64,000 nt of DNA. Origin: Nemertoderma westbladi. Taxonomy: Eukaryota; Animalia; Xenacoelomorpha. Positions 12,701 to 24,764 of the stretch are shown in pieces. The position numbers and the translations under genes were made by a program. The DNA lies in the NCBI GenBank assembly GCA_032718475.1, contig JAUCBJ010002182.1, positions 19,220 through 83,219 of the forward strand. Reading direction: 5' to 3'. Under the pieces are notes generated by a model. The model searched no databases, was not told the origin of the DNA, and saw nothing but the letters and a program-made list of their open reading frames with translations. Every line of letters starts with the position of its first letter. Position 1 is the first letter of the stretch.

Positions 12701-15700
12701 ATTCAGTACACCTTGGTTTACTCAAGTACACCTCCACAACCACAACCCATCCTCCCGTGGTTGCGTTCCTGTTATTCAGTACACATTGGTTTACTCAAGT
12801 ACACCTCCACAACCACAACCCACCCTCCCGTTGTTGCGTTCCTGTTATTCAGTACACATTGGTTTACTCAAGTACACCTCCACAACCCATCATCCCGTTG
12901 TTGCGTTCCTGTTATTCAGTACACATTGGTTTACTCAAGTACACCTCCACAACCCACCCTCCCGTTGTTGCGTTCCTGTTATTCAGTACACATTGGTTTA
13001 CTCAAGTACACCTCCACAACCCATCATCCCGTTGTTGCGTTCCTGTTATTCAGTACACATTGGTTTACTCAAGTACACCTCCACAACCCATCATCTCGTT
13101 GTTGCGTTCCTGTTATTCAGTACACATTGGTTTACTCAAGTACACCTCCACAACCCATCATCCCGTTGTTGCGTTCCTGTTATTCAGTACACATTGGTTT
13201 ACTCAAGTACACCTCCACAACCACAACCCACCCTCCCGTTGTTGCGTTCCTGTTATTCAGTACACATTGGTTTACTCAAGTACACCTCCACAACCCACCC
13301 TCCCGTTGTTGCGTTCCTGTTATTCAGTACACATTGGTTTACTCAAGTACACCTCCACAACCCATCATCCCGTTGTTGCGTTCCTGTTATTCAGTACACA
13401 TTGGTTTACTCAAGTACACCTCCACAACCCATCATCTCGTTGTTGCGTTCCTGTTATTCAGTACACATTGGTTTACTCAAGTACACCTCCACAACCACAA
13501 CCCACCCTCCCGTTGTTGCGTTCCTGTTATTCAGTACACATTGGTTTACTCAAGTACACCTCCACAACCCACCCTCCCGTTGTTGCGTTCCTGTTATTCA
13601 GTACACATTGGTTTACTCAAGTACACCTCCACAACCCATCATCCCGTTGTTGCGTTCCTGTTATTCAGTACACATTGGTTTACTCAAGTACACCTCCACA
13701 ACCCATCATCCCGTTGTTGCGTTCCTGTTATTCAGTACACATTGGTTTACTCAAGTACACCTCCACAACCCATCATCTCGTTGTTGCGTTCCTGTTATTC
13801 AGTACACATTGGTTTACTCAAGTACACCTCCACAACCCATCATCCCGTTGTTGCGTTCCTGTTATTCAGTACACATTGGTTTACTCAAGTACACCTCCAC
13901 AACCCATCATCTCGTTGTTGCGTTCCTGTTATTCAGTACACCTTGGTTTACTCAAGTACACCTCCACAACCACAACCCATCCTCCCGTGGTTGCGTTCCT
14001 GTTATTCAGTACACATTGGTTTACTCAAGTACACCTCCACAACCACAACCCACCCTCCCGTTGTTGCGTTCCTGTTATTCAGTACACATTGGTTTACTCA
14101 AGTACACCTCCACAACCCATCATCCCGTTGTTGCGTTCCTGTTATTCAGTACACATTGGTTTACTCAAGTACACCTCCACAACCCATCACCCCGTTGTTG
14201 CGTTCCTGTTATTCAGTACACATTGGTTTACTCAAGTACACCTCCACAATCCATCCTCCCGTTGTTGCGTTCCTGTTATTCAGTACACATTGGTTTACTC
14301 AAGTACACCTCCACAACCCATCATCCCGTTGTTGCGTTCCTGTTATTCAGTACACATTGGTTTACTCAAGTACACCTCCACAACCCATCATCCCGTTGTT
14401 GCGTTCCTGTTATTCAGTACACATTGGTTTACTCAAGTACACCTCCACAACCCATCATCCCGTTGTTGCGTTCCTGTTATTCAGTACACATTGGTTTACT
14501 CAAGTACACCTCCACAACCCATCATCCCGTTGTTGCGTTCCTGTTATTCAGTACACATTGGTTTACTCAAGTACACCTCCACAACCACAACCCATCCTCC
14601 CGTTGTTGCGTTCCTGTTATTCAGTACACATTGGTTTACTCAAGTACACCTCCACAACCCATCATCCCGTTGTTGCGTTCCTGTTATTCAGTACACATTG
14701 GTTTACTCAAGTACACCTCCACTATCCATCCTCCCGTTGTTGCGTTCCTGTTATTCAGTACACATTGGTTTACTCAAGTACACCTCCACAACCCATCCTC
14801 CCGTTGTTGCGTTCCTGTTATTCAGTACACATTGGTTTACTCAAGTACACCTCCACAACCCATCCTCCCGTTGTTGCGTTCCTGTTATTCAGTACACATT
14901 GGTTTACTCAAGTACACCTCCACAACCCATCCCCCCGTTGTTGCGTTCCTGTTATTCAGTACACATTGGTTTACTCAAGTACACCTCCACTATCCATCCT
15001 CCCGTTGTTGCGTTCCTGTTATTCAGTACACATTGGTTTACTCAAGTACACCTCCACAACCCATCATCCCGTTGTTGCGTTCCTGTTATTCAGTACACAT
15101 TGGTTTACTCAAGTACACATCCACAACCACAACCCATCCTCCCGTGGTTGCGTTCCTGTTATTCAGTACACCTTGGTTTACTCAAGTACACCTCCACAAC
15201 CACAACCCATCCTCCCGTGGTTGCGTTCCTGTTATTCAGTACACATTGGTTTACTCAAGTACACCTCCACAACCCATCATCCCGTTGTTGCGTTCCTGTT
15301 ATTCAGTACACATTGGTTTACTCAAGTACACCTCCACAACCCATCATCCCGTTGTTGCGTTCCTGTTATTCAGTACACATTGGTTTACTCAAGTACACCT
15401 CCACAACCCATCATCCCGTTGTTGCGTTCCTGTTATTCAGTACACATTGGTTTACTCAAGTACACCTCCACAACCCATCATCCCGTTGTTGCGTTCCTGT
15501 TATTCAGTACACATTGGTTTACTCAAGTACACCTCCACAACCCATCCCCCCGTTGTTGCGTTCCTGTTATTCAGTACACATTGGTTTACTCAAGTACACC
15601 TCCACAACCCATCCCCCCGTTGTTGCGTTCCTGTTATTCAGTACACATTGGTTTACTCAAGTACACCTCCACAACCCATCATCCCGTTGTTGCGTTCCTG

Positions 15701-17890
15701 TTATTCAGTACACATTGGTTTACTCAAGTACACCTCCACAACCCATCATCCCGTTGTTGCGTTCCTGTTATTCAGTACACATTGGTTTACTCAAGTACAC
15801 CTCCACAACCCATCATCCCGTTGTTGCGTTCCTGTTATTCAGTACACATTGGTTTACTCAAGTACACCTCCACAACCCATCATCCCGTTGTTGCGTTCCT
15901 GTTATTCAGTACACATTGGTTTACTCAAGTACACCTCCACAACCACAACCCATCCTCCCGTTGTTGCGTTCCTGTTATTCAGTACACATTGGTTTACTCA
16001 AGTACACCTCCACAACCCATCATCCCGTTGTTGCGTTCCTGTTATTCAGTACACATTGGTTTACTCAAGTACACCTCCACAACCCATCCTCCCGTTGTTG
16101 CGTTCCTGTTATTCAGTACACATTGGTTTACTCAAGTACACCTCCACAACCCATCATCCCGTTGTTGCGTTCCTGTTATTCAGTACACATTGGTTTACTC
16201 AAGTACACCTCCACAACCCATCCTCCCGTTGTTGCGTTCCTGTTATTCAGTACACATTGGTTTACTCAAGTACACCTCCACAACCCATCCCCCCGTTGTT
16301 GCGTTCCTGTTATTCAGTACACATTGGTTTACTCAAGTACACCTCCACAACCCATCCTCCCGTTGTTGCGTTCCTGTTATTCAGTACACATTGGTTTACT
16401 CAAGTACACCTCCACAACCACAACCCACCCTCCCGTTGTTGCGTTCCTGTTATTCAGTACACATTGGTTTACTCAAGTACACCTCCACAACCCATCATCT
16501 CGTTGTTGCGTTCCTGTTATTCAGTACACATTGGTTTACTCAAGTACACCTCCACAACCACAACCCACCCTCCCGTTGTTGCGTTCCTGTTATTCAGTAC
16601 ACATTGGTTTACTCAAGTACACCTCCACAACCACAACCCACCCTCCCGTTGTTGCGTTCCTGTTATTCAGTACACATTGGTTTACTCAAGTACACCTCCA
16701 CAACCCATCCCCCCGTTGTTGCGTTCCTGTTATTCAGTACACATTGGTTTACTCAAGTACACCTCCACAACCCATCATCCCGTTGTTGCGTTCCTGTTAT
16801 TCAGTACACATTGGTTTACTCAAGTACACCTCCACAACCCATCATCCCGTTGTTGCGTTCCTGTTATTCAGTACACATTGGTTTACTCAAGTACACCTCC
16901 ACAACCCATCATCCCGTTGTTGCGTTCCTGTTATTCAGTACACATTGGTTTACTCAAGTACACATCCACAACCACAACCCATCCTCCCGTTGTTGCGTTC
17001 CTGTTATTCAGTACACCTTGATGTACTCAAGTACACCTCCACAACCCATCATCCCGTTGTTGCGTTCCTGTTATTCAGTACACATTGGTTTACTCAAGTA
17101 CACCTCCACAACCCATCATCCCGTTGTTGCGTTCCTGTTATTCAGTACACATTGGTTTACTCAAGTACACCTCCACAACCCATCATCCCGTTGTTGCGTT
17201 CCTGTTATTCAGTACACATTGGTTTACTCAAGTACACCTCCACAACCCATCATCCCGTTGTTGCGTTCCTGTTATTCAGTACACATTGGTTTACTCAAGT
17301 ACACCTCCACAACCCATCATCCCGTTGTTGCGTTCCTGTTATTCAGTACACATTGGTTTACTCAAGTACACCTCCACAACCACAACCCACCCTCCCGTTG
17401 TTGCGTTCCTGTTATTCAGTACACATTGGTTTACTCAAGTACACCTCCACAACCCATCCTCCCGTTGTTGCGTTCCTGTTATTCAGTACACCTTGGTGTA
17501 CTCAAGTACACCTCCACAACCCATCATCCCGTTGTTGCGTTCCTGTTATTCAGTACACATTGGTTTACTCAAGTACACCTCCACAACCACAACCCACCCT
17601 CCCGTTGTTGCGTTCCTGTTATTCAGTACACATTGGTTTACTCAAGTACACCTCCACAACCCATCATCCCGTTGTTGCGTTCCTGTTATTCAGTACACAT
17701 TGGTTTACTCAAGTACACCTCCACAACCCATCATCTCGTTGTTGCGTTCCTGTTATTCAGTACACCTTGGTGTACTCAAGTACACCTCCACAACCACAAC
17801 CCACCCTCCCGTTGTTGCGTTCCTGTTATTCAGTACACATTGGTTTACTCAAGTACACCTCCACAACCCATCATCCCGTTGTTGCGTTCC
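9766..17890. repeat. 67-bp tandem repeat with a 73-bp (+ACCACA) variant, about 120 copies
   Basis: Unit TTGGTTTACTCAAGTACACCTCCACAACCCATCCTCCCGTTGTTGCGTTCCTGTTATTCAGTACACA is directly visible. Confidence 0.97.
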
Positions 17891-18379
17891 TAGACTAAGA
17901 ATAAATATCCTTGTCTAAATGGCAATGTGATTGTTTCCTAGGCAACAAGCAATACAGGCTGACATGAGGCATTAATCTACAAGATTGAAACTACCGTATT
18001 TTGGTTTGAAATTTCAGTATCCGTTTCAGTAAAATTAAAACTGATTAAGAAAGTTAGTGAAATATAACCCTCCTTCAGTCCTTCCTCTCTCCTCTATCTA
18101 TTTACGATTTACCCCAGCTGCCGTAGTTCAGTAGGTACAGAAGTAGGTGTACCGTAACCGTACAGCCGTAGGCCGTCTGCTGATTGATTGCAACTATCTG
18201 ATACTTCATAATTCAGTAATTATTTTATAATTTTTAAAGTTTTAGTACCGTACCGGTACTTACTTACTAGTAGTTAGACCAACCTGCCAACCATCCCCAT
18301 TTGCAACTAATCTGACAGTGTGACCGTACCGGTATAACATACGGTACTGCAGTACTGGTACCGTTTCCCATTCCCACTG

Positions 18380-18503
18380 ACAACACAGCGCAGCCGCCAC
18401 ACTTACAGTCCAACCATACAACACAGCGCAGCCGCCACTCTTACAGTCCAACCATACAACACAGCGCAGCCGCCACTCTTACAGTCCAACCATACAACAC
18501 AGC
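18380..18503. repeat. 39-bp repeat, about 3 copies, immediately upstream of the aminotransferase ATG
   Basis: CAACACAGCGCAGCCGCCACTCTTACAGTCCAACCATA repeated. Confidence 0.85.
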
Positions 18504-18520
18504 AACTGCAACGTCAGAAC

Positions 18521-19741
18521 ATGTCTTCCTCGACATTCAAAGACGTTCTTCACGCTCCTCCAATCGCGGTATTCAAACTCGTCGCAGACTACAATGCAGA
18601 TGAGAGCCCAGACAAGGTGAACCTGACAGTGGGAGCCTACCGGGACAGCGCCGGTAAACCCTGGGTGCTTCCCGTGGTGCGAGCCATCGAGAGATTGATG
18701 GCTGAGGACGAGACGCTAAACCACGAATACCTACCGATCGAGGGTCTACCGGCGTTCACGAAGGCGGCTACGCGACTCGTTCTAGGGGCCGAGAACCCCG
18801 CCATCGCAGCGGGTCGAACTATCGGCGTGCAAGCCCTCTCGGGAACCGGGGCCCTCCGTCTGGGACTCCAGTTCATCCGGAAGGTCCTCCTGCGCACCCA
18901 CATACTGATCCCGGAACCGACGTGGCCCAACCACCGGATGATCTCGGAGGACCTCGGCTACCTGGTGCTGGGGTACCGGTACTGGGACCCGGCGACGCGA
19001 GCCCTCAACCTCGACGGACTGCTGGAGGACCTCGAGGCCGCGCCCGAGGGCGCCGTAGTTATGCTGCACTCGGTGGCGCACAACCCCACGGGAATGGACC
19101 CCGACACCGCGCAATGGGAGCGGATCGCCGACGTTGTGGAACGGCGTTCCTTGCTCCCGTTCTTCGACACGGCCTACCAAGGGTTTGTCTCCGGCGATGT
19201 GGACGTAGACGCCTGGGTCCCCCGCTACTTCGTATCGCGTGGGTTCGAGGCCTTCATAGCGCAATCCTTCGCTAAGAACTTCGGTTTATACAACGAGCGC
19301 GCGGGTAACCTCGTCGTGGTGACCCGAGAGGCGGCTACCATCCCGCCCATCCTGTCCAACCTACAGCGAATCGCGCGTATGTTGTGGTCCAACCCTCCGG
19401 CCCACGGGGCCCGAGTCGTGGCCACGGCCCTGGAAAACCCGGCCTACCTCGAACAGTGGAAGGGCTGTCTTCTCGCTATGACTACGCGTATTCGGGACAT
19501 GCGACAGCGACTGATGGAGCGGTTGATGGAGTTGGGCACCCCCGGGACCTGGGATCACATCGTCAGACAGAAGGGCATGTTCTCCTACACCGGGCTAACC
19601 GGAGACCAGGTCGACACGCTTAAGGCCAAGTACCACGTCTATATGATGCGGGATGGGCGTATAAGTGTGGCGGGACTGACCCCTAGTAACCTCGACTATG
19701 TGGCTAAATGTTTCGACGAGGTAATACGCGCCACCGAGTGA
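18521..19741 (+). CDS. GOT1: Cytosolic aspartate aminotransferase (GOT1-like), intronless, nested in a formin intron
   Basis: Intact 406-aa ORF with VNLTVGAYRD..GKPWVLPVV, NHEYLPIEGL, QALSGTGALR, HNPTGMDP, FFDTAYQGF, the PLP-lysine motif SFAKNFGLYNERAG, TPGTWDHI and GRISVAG. No mitochondrial presequence. Confidence 0.95.
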   Translation: MSSSTFKDVLHAPPIAVFKLVADYNADESPDKVNLTVGAYRDSAGKPWVLPVVRAIERLMAEDETLNHEYLPIEGLPAFTKAATRLVLGAENPAIAAGRTIGVQALSGTGALRLGLQFIRKVLLRTHILIPEPTWPNHRMISEDLGYLVLGYRYWDPATRALNLDGLLEDLEAAPEGAVVMLHSVAHNPTGMDPDTAQWERIADVVERRSLLPFFDTAYQGFVSGDVDVDAWVPRYFVSRGFEAFIAQSFAKNFGLYNERAGNLVVVTREAATIPPILSNLQRIARMLWSNPPAHGARVVATALENPAYLEQWKGCLLAMTTRIRDMRQRLMERLMELGTPGTWDHIVRQKGMFSYTGLTGDQVDTLKAKYHVYMMRDGRISVAGLTPSNLDYVAKCFDEVIRATE

Positions 19742-20540
19742 ATCAAACAGATTAATTTTATGAGTTCACTTAGTTAGCCTTTATTCATTGTTTGAGTTGG
19801 AAACACTTTTCTGTACAGGTTTTCGCGACATTACGGGGCCACATATATTCTACAAAAGGAACCTCATTGCCTGATGGTGGCGGGAATATTTATGTAATAG
19901 GAACTCGCCTGTAATTTCACAGAGACAACATTGATGCAACAAACACTAGAATTATTGTCAATGATTTTATTAATAGATAAACACTTAATTTATTATGTAA
20001 ATTGGTTTACTTAAGTAGGTTAATTTTGCTTTACTTTCAATTTTTAAACTTATTTTATAAGTTAATGAATTTATTGTGTTTATAATCAATATTTGTAGCA
20101 TTTGAAAAGTACTTATTACTCAAATGTACTTAATTACTTGTGCCGGAATGCTGTGTAGATTTGTTATATTACATTTTATTAATATTATATTGTTATTATC
20201 GATCGAATGTGAATTAAATATAGTTGTTTTTAAGTTAAAATTTATATCATTTTGATTTCTGAGTGGGACAACGGGACAGTGGGGCGTGATAAATGAGTGA
20301 CAGATCAGACAGCACTTTTGACGATGTTCAATAATTCAAAACACATAATATCTCTAAAGCTATTTCAAAAACATTCTCCAGTGGCATCTTAAACTCCACT
20401 GACGATGTTTAGAAACAATTATGTTTATAACTCAGTTTAACAATTCCCCAGAGAATCGACTCAGGTCCAGAAGTAACCATCTCATATTGAACAATATCAT
20501 AATTGTAATATTCCTTTCTAACCTTACTAATCGTAACTAA

Positions 20541-20650
20541 GACGTCATTATTACTGGTGACTTCGGTATCGACCTTCTAAAGTCGTCTATCAACTCGAAA
20601 AGCTACATAGATATTCTAAACTCGTATTGTTTCTTACAACTGATCAACCT
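20541..20650 (+). mobile_element. Old LINE (CR1/L2-like) APE-endonuclease fragment
   Basis: Manual translation DVIITGDFGIDLLKSSINSKSYIDILNSYCFLQLIN resembles the GDFNIDLL motif. Confidence 0.55.
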
Positions 20651-21449
20651 TAAAATGTTTTATTATTTTTACGTTATTCCAGAAATCTTTAACGAATAAT
20701 TGTACCGTTTTCGACTGTTCCAAATACGACAAAAATAAACTTTTCCATGAGATCAACTCCTAACTCCCCGTGTTCTTATACACATGTCCACCGCTTGGCA
20801 AGATCAGTCTTACTTCTCGAAATAAGGCTGTCTGTCCGTTTGACTGATGTCTGTCCGTCATTAGGTCTCCAAAACAATTAAAAGCTTAATTAATTACCTA
20901 TATTGGTTTTCTTGGACCTTGACTTCTTCAAATTACACAAGGCACGTAATAAATTCGAATCTGGAATACAAGTCCCTTCTTTATATATTCCTGTCAGTCT
21001 GTCCGTCAAAATATAACCGACAGACAATTTGTATACTCGAAATGAATTCTGCGACCAGGAAACCCCCTATAGCTAAACTTTTAGGTTACCGATTACCTGA
21101 TAGTCCAATAGATCGACAGACAGACAAACTAGATTACATTAAATGTGAAATTTGACCTCAGAAATGAAATCAGCGACTGCTCGGGAAGGTTCAAAATTTT
21201 AAGGGAATTATCTCGGAATTGCATTTTTTCATTTTTAAATACTACTCCTCCGCCATTTTCCATACAATATGTAAAAAAGGCTTTTGTTATCAAATGATTG
21301 CTAGTCTAGTAGTTTAATTTAGCGCAATATTAAGATTCGAGCAGTTTTATTTAGTTTTGCAATTGTTTATCTGTTATAACATTTTTTGCGCAAAAAATTA
21401 GTGAATTTTTGAAAATTTATCGCTTTCTACGTATTAATTTTGGAGCAGT

Positions 21450-22885
21450 ATATTAAACAAAGAATGCCCATGTTCATATATTTCCCAACCAAATGTTTTC
21501 TTGCATGGCCAGTTATCCTTTTAGTTTGCGGCGAGTGCCGACAGCGGCGGGCAGAGGTTGCAGGAAAGTATGTGGTAGCGGTCACTGCAGGAGAGTTTGC
21601 AGAACTTGCAATGGCATTCCGGGGTTAAGGCATGGAAGGGAACGGAGTTGTTGCAGACTTTAAAGTGGAATCCGTGGGCGGTTGTCATGTCCTAGTCATG
21701 GGTCTTCCAAACTGAAGTTTGGAATGCTGGACCGCGGGAGTATCCCTCGTTAACGAAAGTATCCTCGCGTTTGGAGCGGTACAACCGGTAGTTTCGGATA
21801 ACTTCTGGGTTAAACGCATACAGGGAGGTCTCTAGGAGGGCTTCGATGAATGATTTTTCCCCTGCCAATTTTAATACAAGAGTCGAGGAAGCAGAGCTGT
21901 GTAGACGAAGCATTCGTTTTACGTGGGTCGTTTTTACTTTGTCGATATCTTTCACATTTTGCAGGGAGAGATGTACTTTGTAGTGCGTATGTTATCATTG
22001 GAGATATTTTTGAGTTGAAAATTTTAATTCCAGTTTCTACAGACAAGAGGTGGATGTGTTTAAGGGAACCGATGATGCAATGAGCTTTTTTTTTCTGTTT
22101 GAGGTGGAGAGAGAAGGATAGTGAGGACTGGAAGGTGACTCCGAGATATTCGTAATGGCTGGCGAGTTGAACTTCGCGGTTGTTGTAAGTGAAGTGGTCG
22201 CTGCGTGCAAGGCGGCCGCCTTTGCGGAATTTTACAATTTTTGTTTTGGTGAGGTTCACCTCCATCCCATTAGCGACGCACCAGGTTTGGAGGACGTCAA
22301 GTGCAGACTAAGAGCAAGATAGTCAATATATAAATATATATCGATATATATATAAATATATATATTTTATATATCAATATATATATATAATCTATAGTCA
22401 ATATTGGGTAGTTCCTTTACGAGATCGTATGTCTTTCCTTTGATACCGAGGGCATATATTTTATGGAGTAGCTTGGTGCGGCTTACAAAGTCGAACGCCT
22501 TTCGGAAGTCGACGAAAGCCGCGTAGACGACCCGTTCTTCGCGGCGACTCAGCGGAACGCTGATGCTATATCGCAGAGGAGTTTTGATATAGCTTGATTC
22601 GTAGAGCGACCGGGGAGGAATCCGTATTGTTCGGGTGGGATCAGTTGGCCAACATGTTGACGAATACGTTTGTTTAAAGTCGATGTTAGTATTTTAAGGA
22701 GAACGCAGAGAAGGGCGATGCCACGGTAGTTGTCCGGGTTCGATATTGCACCTTTACCTTTATACAGGATGTTTATAATGCTGTTCTTCCAGATGAAAGG
22801 AAGCTTGCCAACATTGAGACATACGTTGTAGAGCAAAGTTAAAGTTACCAGGATGAACGGACAGGCTTGTTTTAGATGTTCGTAG
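21450..22885 (-). mobile_element. Degraded non-LTR retrotransposon RT and 3' region, interrupted by an AT-rich microsatellite (about 22310-22405)
   Basis: Minus-strand fragments YKGKG..NPDNYRGIALL, QYGFLPGRST, FVDFRKAFD, NLTKTKIVKF and YEYLGVTF, with frameshifts. Confidence 0.88.
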
Positions 22886-23020
22886 TAGGGGTCGATAAAA
22901 TGAGTACCAGTTAAATAACTGGGAGCAAATCTTGGGATAGGAGTAGCGCCTACCCTCGGGTAGCAGCTATCGAAAGAGGAGCCTTCGGGTCGCCTCCGGC
23001 TTCGGCCGACTGTTTGTTTG
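22885..23020 (+). mobile_element. Probable SINE central/3' fragment
   Basis: GGGGTCGATAAAATGAGTACCAG and GCTATCGAAAGAGGAGCCTTCGGGTCGCC resemble, from memory, conserved bodies of invertebrate Nin/Deu-type SINEs. Ends in (TTTG)n. Confidence 0.5.
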
Positions 23021-23132
23021 ATAGTACTAGTATAAGTATAATATCATTGGCTCCATCTAAACCCTAATCAAACGACAACTTCCCTACTAATCCAGGCGGT
23101 AAAACCTGTTTCTATTCATCTCTCAGCTACCA

Positions 23133-23975
23133 AATGTCCACCCCTTTCTACCCTAGGCGCGCCCCCAGCTCCCGGCGGCCCCCCTGTACAGTACATGTCC
23201 ACCCCTTTCTACCCTAGGCGTGCCCCCTGCTCCCCGCGCGCCCCCTGTACATGTCCACCCCTTTCTACCCTAGGCGCGCCCCCTGCGGCCCCCCTGTACA
23301 TGTCCACCCCTTTCAACCCTAGGCGCGCCCCCAGCTCCCGGCGGCCCCCTGTACATGTCCACCCCTTTCAACCCTAGGCGCGCCCCCAGCTCCCGGCGGC
23401 CCCCTGTACATGTCCACCCCTTTCAACCCTAGGCGTGCCCCCTGCGGCCCCCCTGTACATGTCCACCCCTTTCAACCCTAGGCGCGCCCCTAGCTCCCGG
23501 CGGCCCCCTGTACATGTCCACCCCTTTCAACCCTAGGCGCGCCCCCAGCTCCCGGCGGCCCCCTGTACATGTCCACCCCTTTCAACCCTAGGCGTGCCCC
23601 CTGCGGCCCCCCTGTACATGTCCACCCCTTTCAACCCTAGGCGCGCCCCCAGCTCCCGGCGGCCCCCTTGTACATGTCCACTCCTTTCTACCCTATAGGC
23701 GCGCCCCCTGCTTCCGGCGGCCCCCCTGTACATGTCCACCCCTTTCTACCCTAGGCGCGCCCCCCTGTCCCTGTGGGCCCCCTGTACATGTCCACCCCTT
23801 TTTACCATAGGCGCGCCCCGCTCCCTGCGGCCCCCCTGTACATGTCCACCCCTTTCTACCCTAGGCGCGCCCCCCTGCTCCCTCTGGGCCCCCTGTACAT
23901 GTCTACCCCTTTTTACCATAGGCGCGCCCCGCTCCCTGCGGCCCCCCTGTACATGTGCACCCCTTTCTACCCTAG
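23133..23975 (+). repeat. About 15 tandem copies (51-60 bp) of the formin 3' splice site plus the first ~30 nt of the exon
   Basis: Unit ATGTCCACCCCTTTCTACCCTAG|GCGCGCCCCCAGCTCCCGGCGGCCCCCTGTAC matches the real junction at 23975/23976. Confidence 0.92.
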
Positions 23976-24225
23976 GCGCGCCCCCTGCTCCCGGTGGGCC
24001 CCCTGTACCCAATGCCAGACGTAGGAATATACCAAAACCCAGCAACCACCTCAAATCATTCAACTGGTCTAAAATCCCCGATATGAACATCAACGGAACA
24101 ATCTGGGCGGACATCGACGACACGCGGTTATTCAAGGGAGTTCTCGATCTCAAGGAAATAGAGGAGATGTTCTCCGCCTATCAACCGGCTGCTAAAGATA
24201 CCGACGACGATGTAGATTTTGTGAG
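23976..24225 (+). CDS. DAAM: DAAM-type formin exon (FH1 end and FH2 lasso)
   Basis: Boundaries ccctag|GC ... GTG AG|gtgaga. Encodes IPKPSNHLKSFNWSKIP...GTIWADIDD...LDLKEIEEMFSAYQ, typical of the DAAM FH2 start. Confidence 0.92.
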
Positions 24226-24346
24226 GTGAGAGTAACTTTGTATTACTTGGTGATCGTAATGTTTCGTTAGGTTTTATATGTCCAGAGTATTGATTTAGTG
24301 TCTCAGGAACAGATAAAATCTAATGTTTATTTTACATTTATGTTAG

Positions 24347-24509
24347 AATGAGGGAGAAATCTATTCGTGAGGTCTCTGTAGTCGATAGTCGTAGGGCCCA
24401 AAACTGCACAATTTTATTGTCTAAATTAAAAATGAACAACGATGATATAAAGAGAGTGTTGCTGACAATGGACCAAGGCGGAGAAATTCATAAAGATATG
24501 TTGGAACAG
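24347..24509 (+). CDS. DAAM: DAAM-type formin exon (FH2)
   Basis: Boundaries tgttag|A ... CAG|gttggt. Encodes SVVDSRRAQNCTILLSKLK...KDMLEQ. Confidence 0.93.
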
Positions 24510-24745
24510 GTTGGTTTACATAAATATTATAATATGTTAGTTTACATAAATATTATAATATGTTGGTTTACATAAATATTATAATATGTTAGTTTACATA
24601 AATATTATAATATGTTGGTTTACATAAATATTATAATATGTTGGTTTACATAAATATTATAATATGTTGGTTTACATAAATATTTTAATATGTTGGTTTA
24701 CATAAAGATATATTGGAACAGGTTGGTTTACATAAATATAATAAT
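24510..24745 (+). repeat. 26-bp tandem repeat starting at the donor GT, including a re-copy of the exon end and donor
   Basis: GTTGGTTTACATAAATATTATAATAT, about 8 copies. CATAAAGATATATTGGAACAG|GTTGGTTTACATAAAT at about 24701-24737 duplicates the real junction. Confidence 0.9.
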
Positions 24746-24764
24746 TTTATAAAGAAATGATCTG

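Noticed and set aside
9684-17918. ORFs of about 2400-2500 aa
   Set aside because: Artefact of the 67/73-bp satellite cycling through reading frames.
18637-19623. Overlapping alternative and antisense ORFs within the aminotransferase gene
   Set aside because: Shadow ORFs of a GC-rich coding sequence.
24510-24520. Shared TTGGTTTAC between this donor and the 67-bp satellite unit
   Set aside because: A 9-bp match with no further similarity; likely chance.
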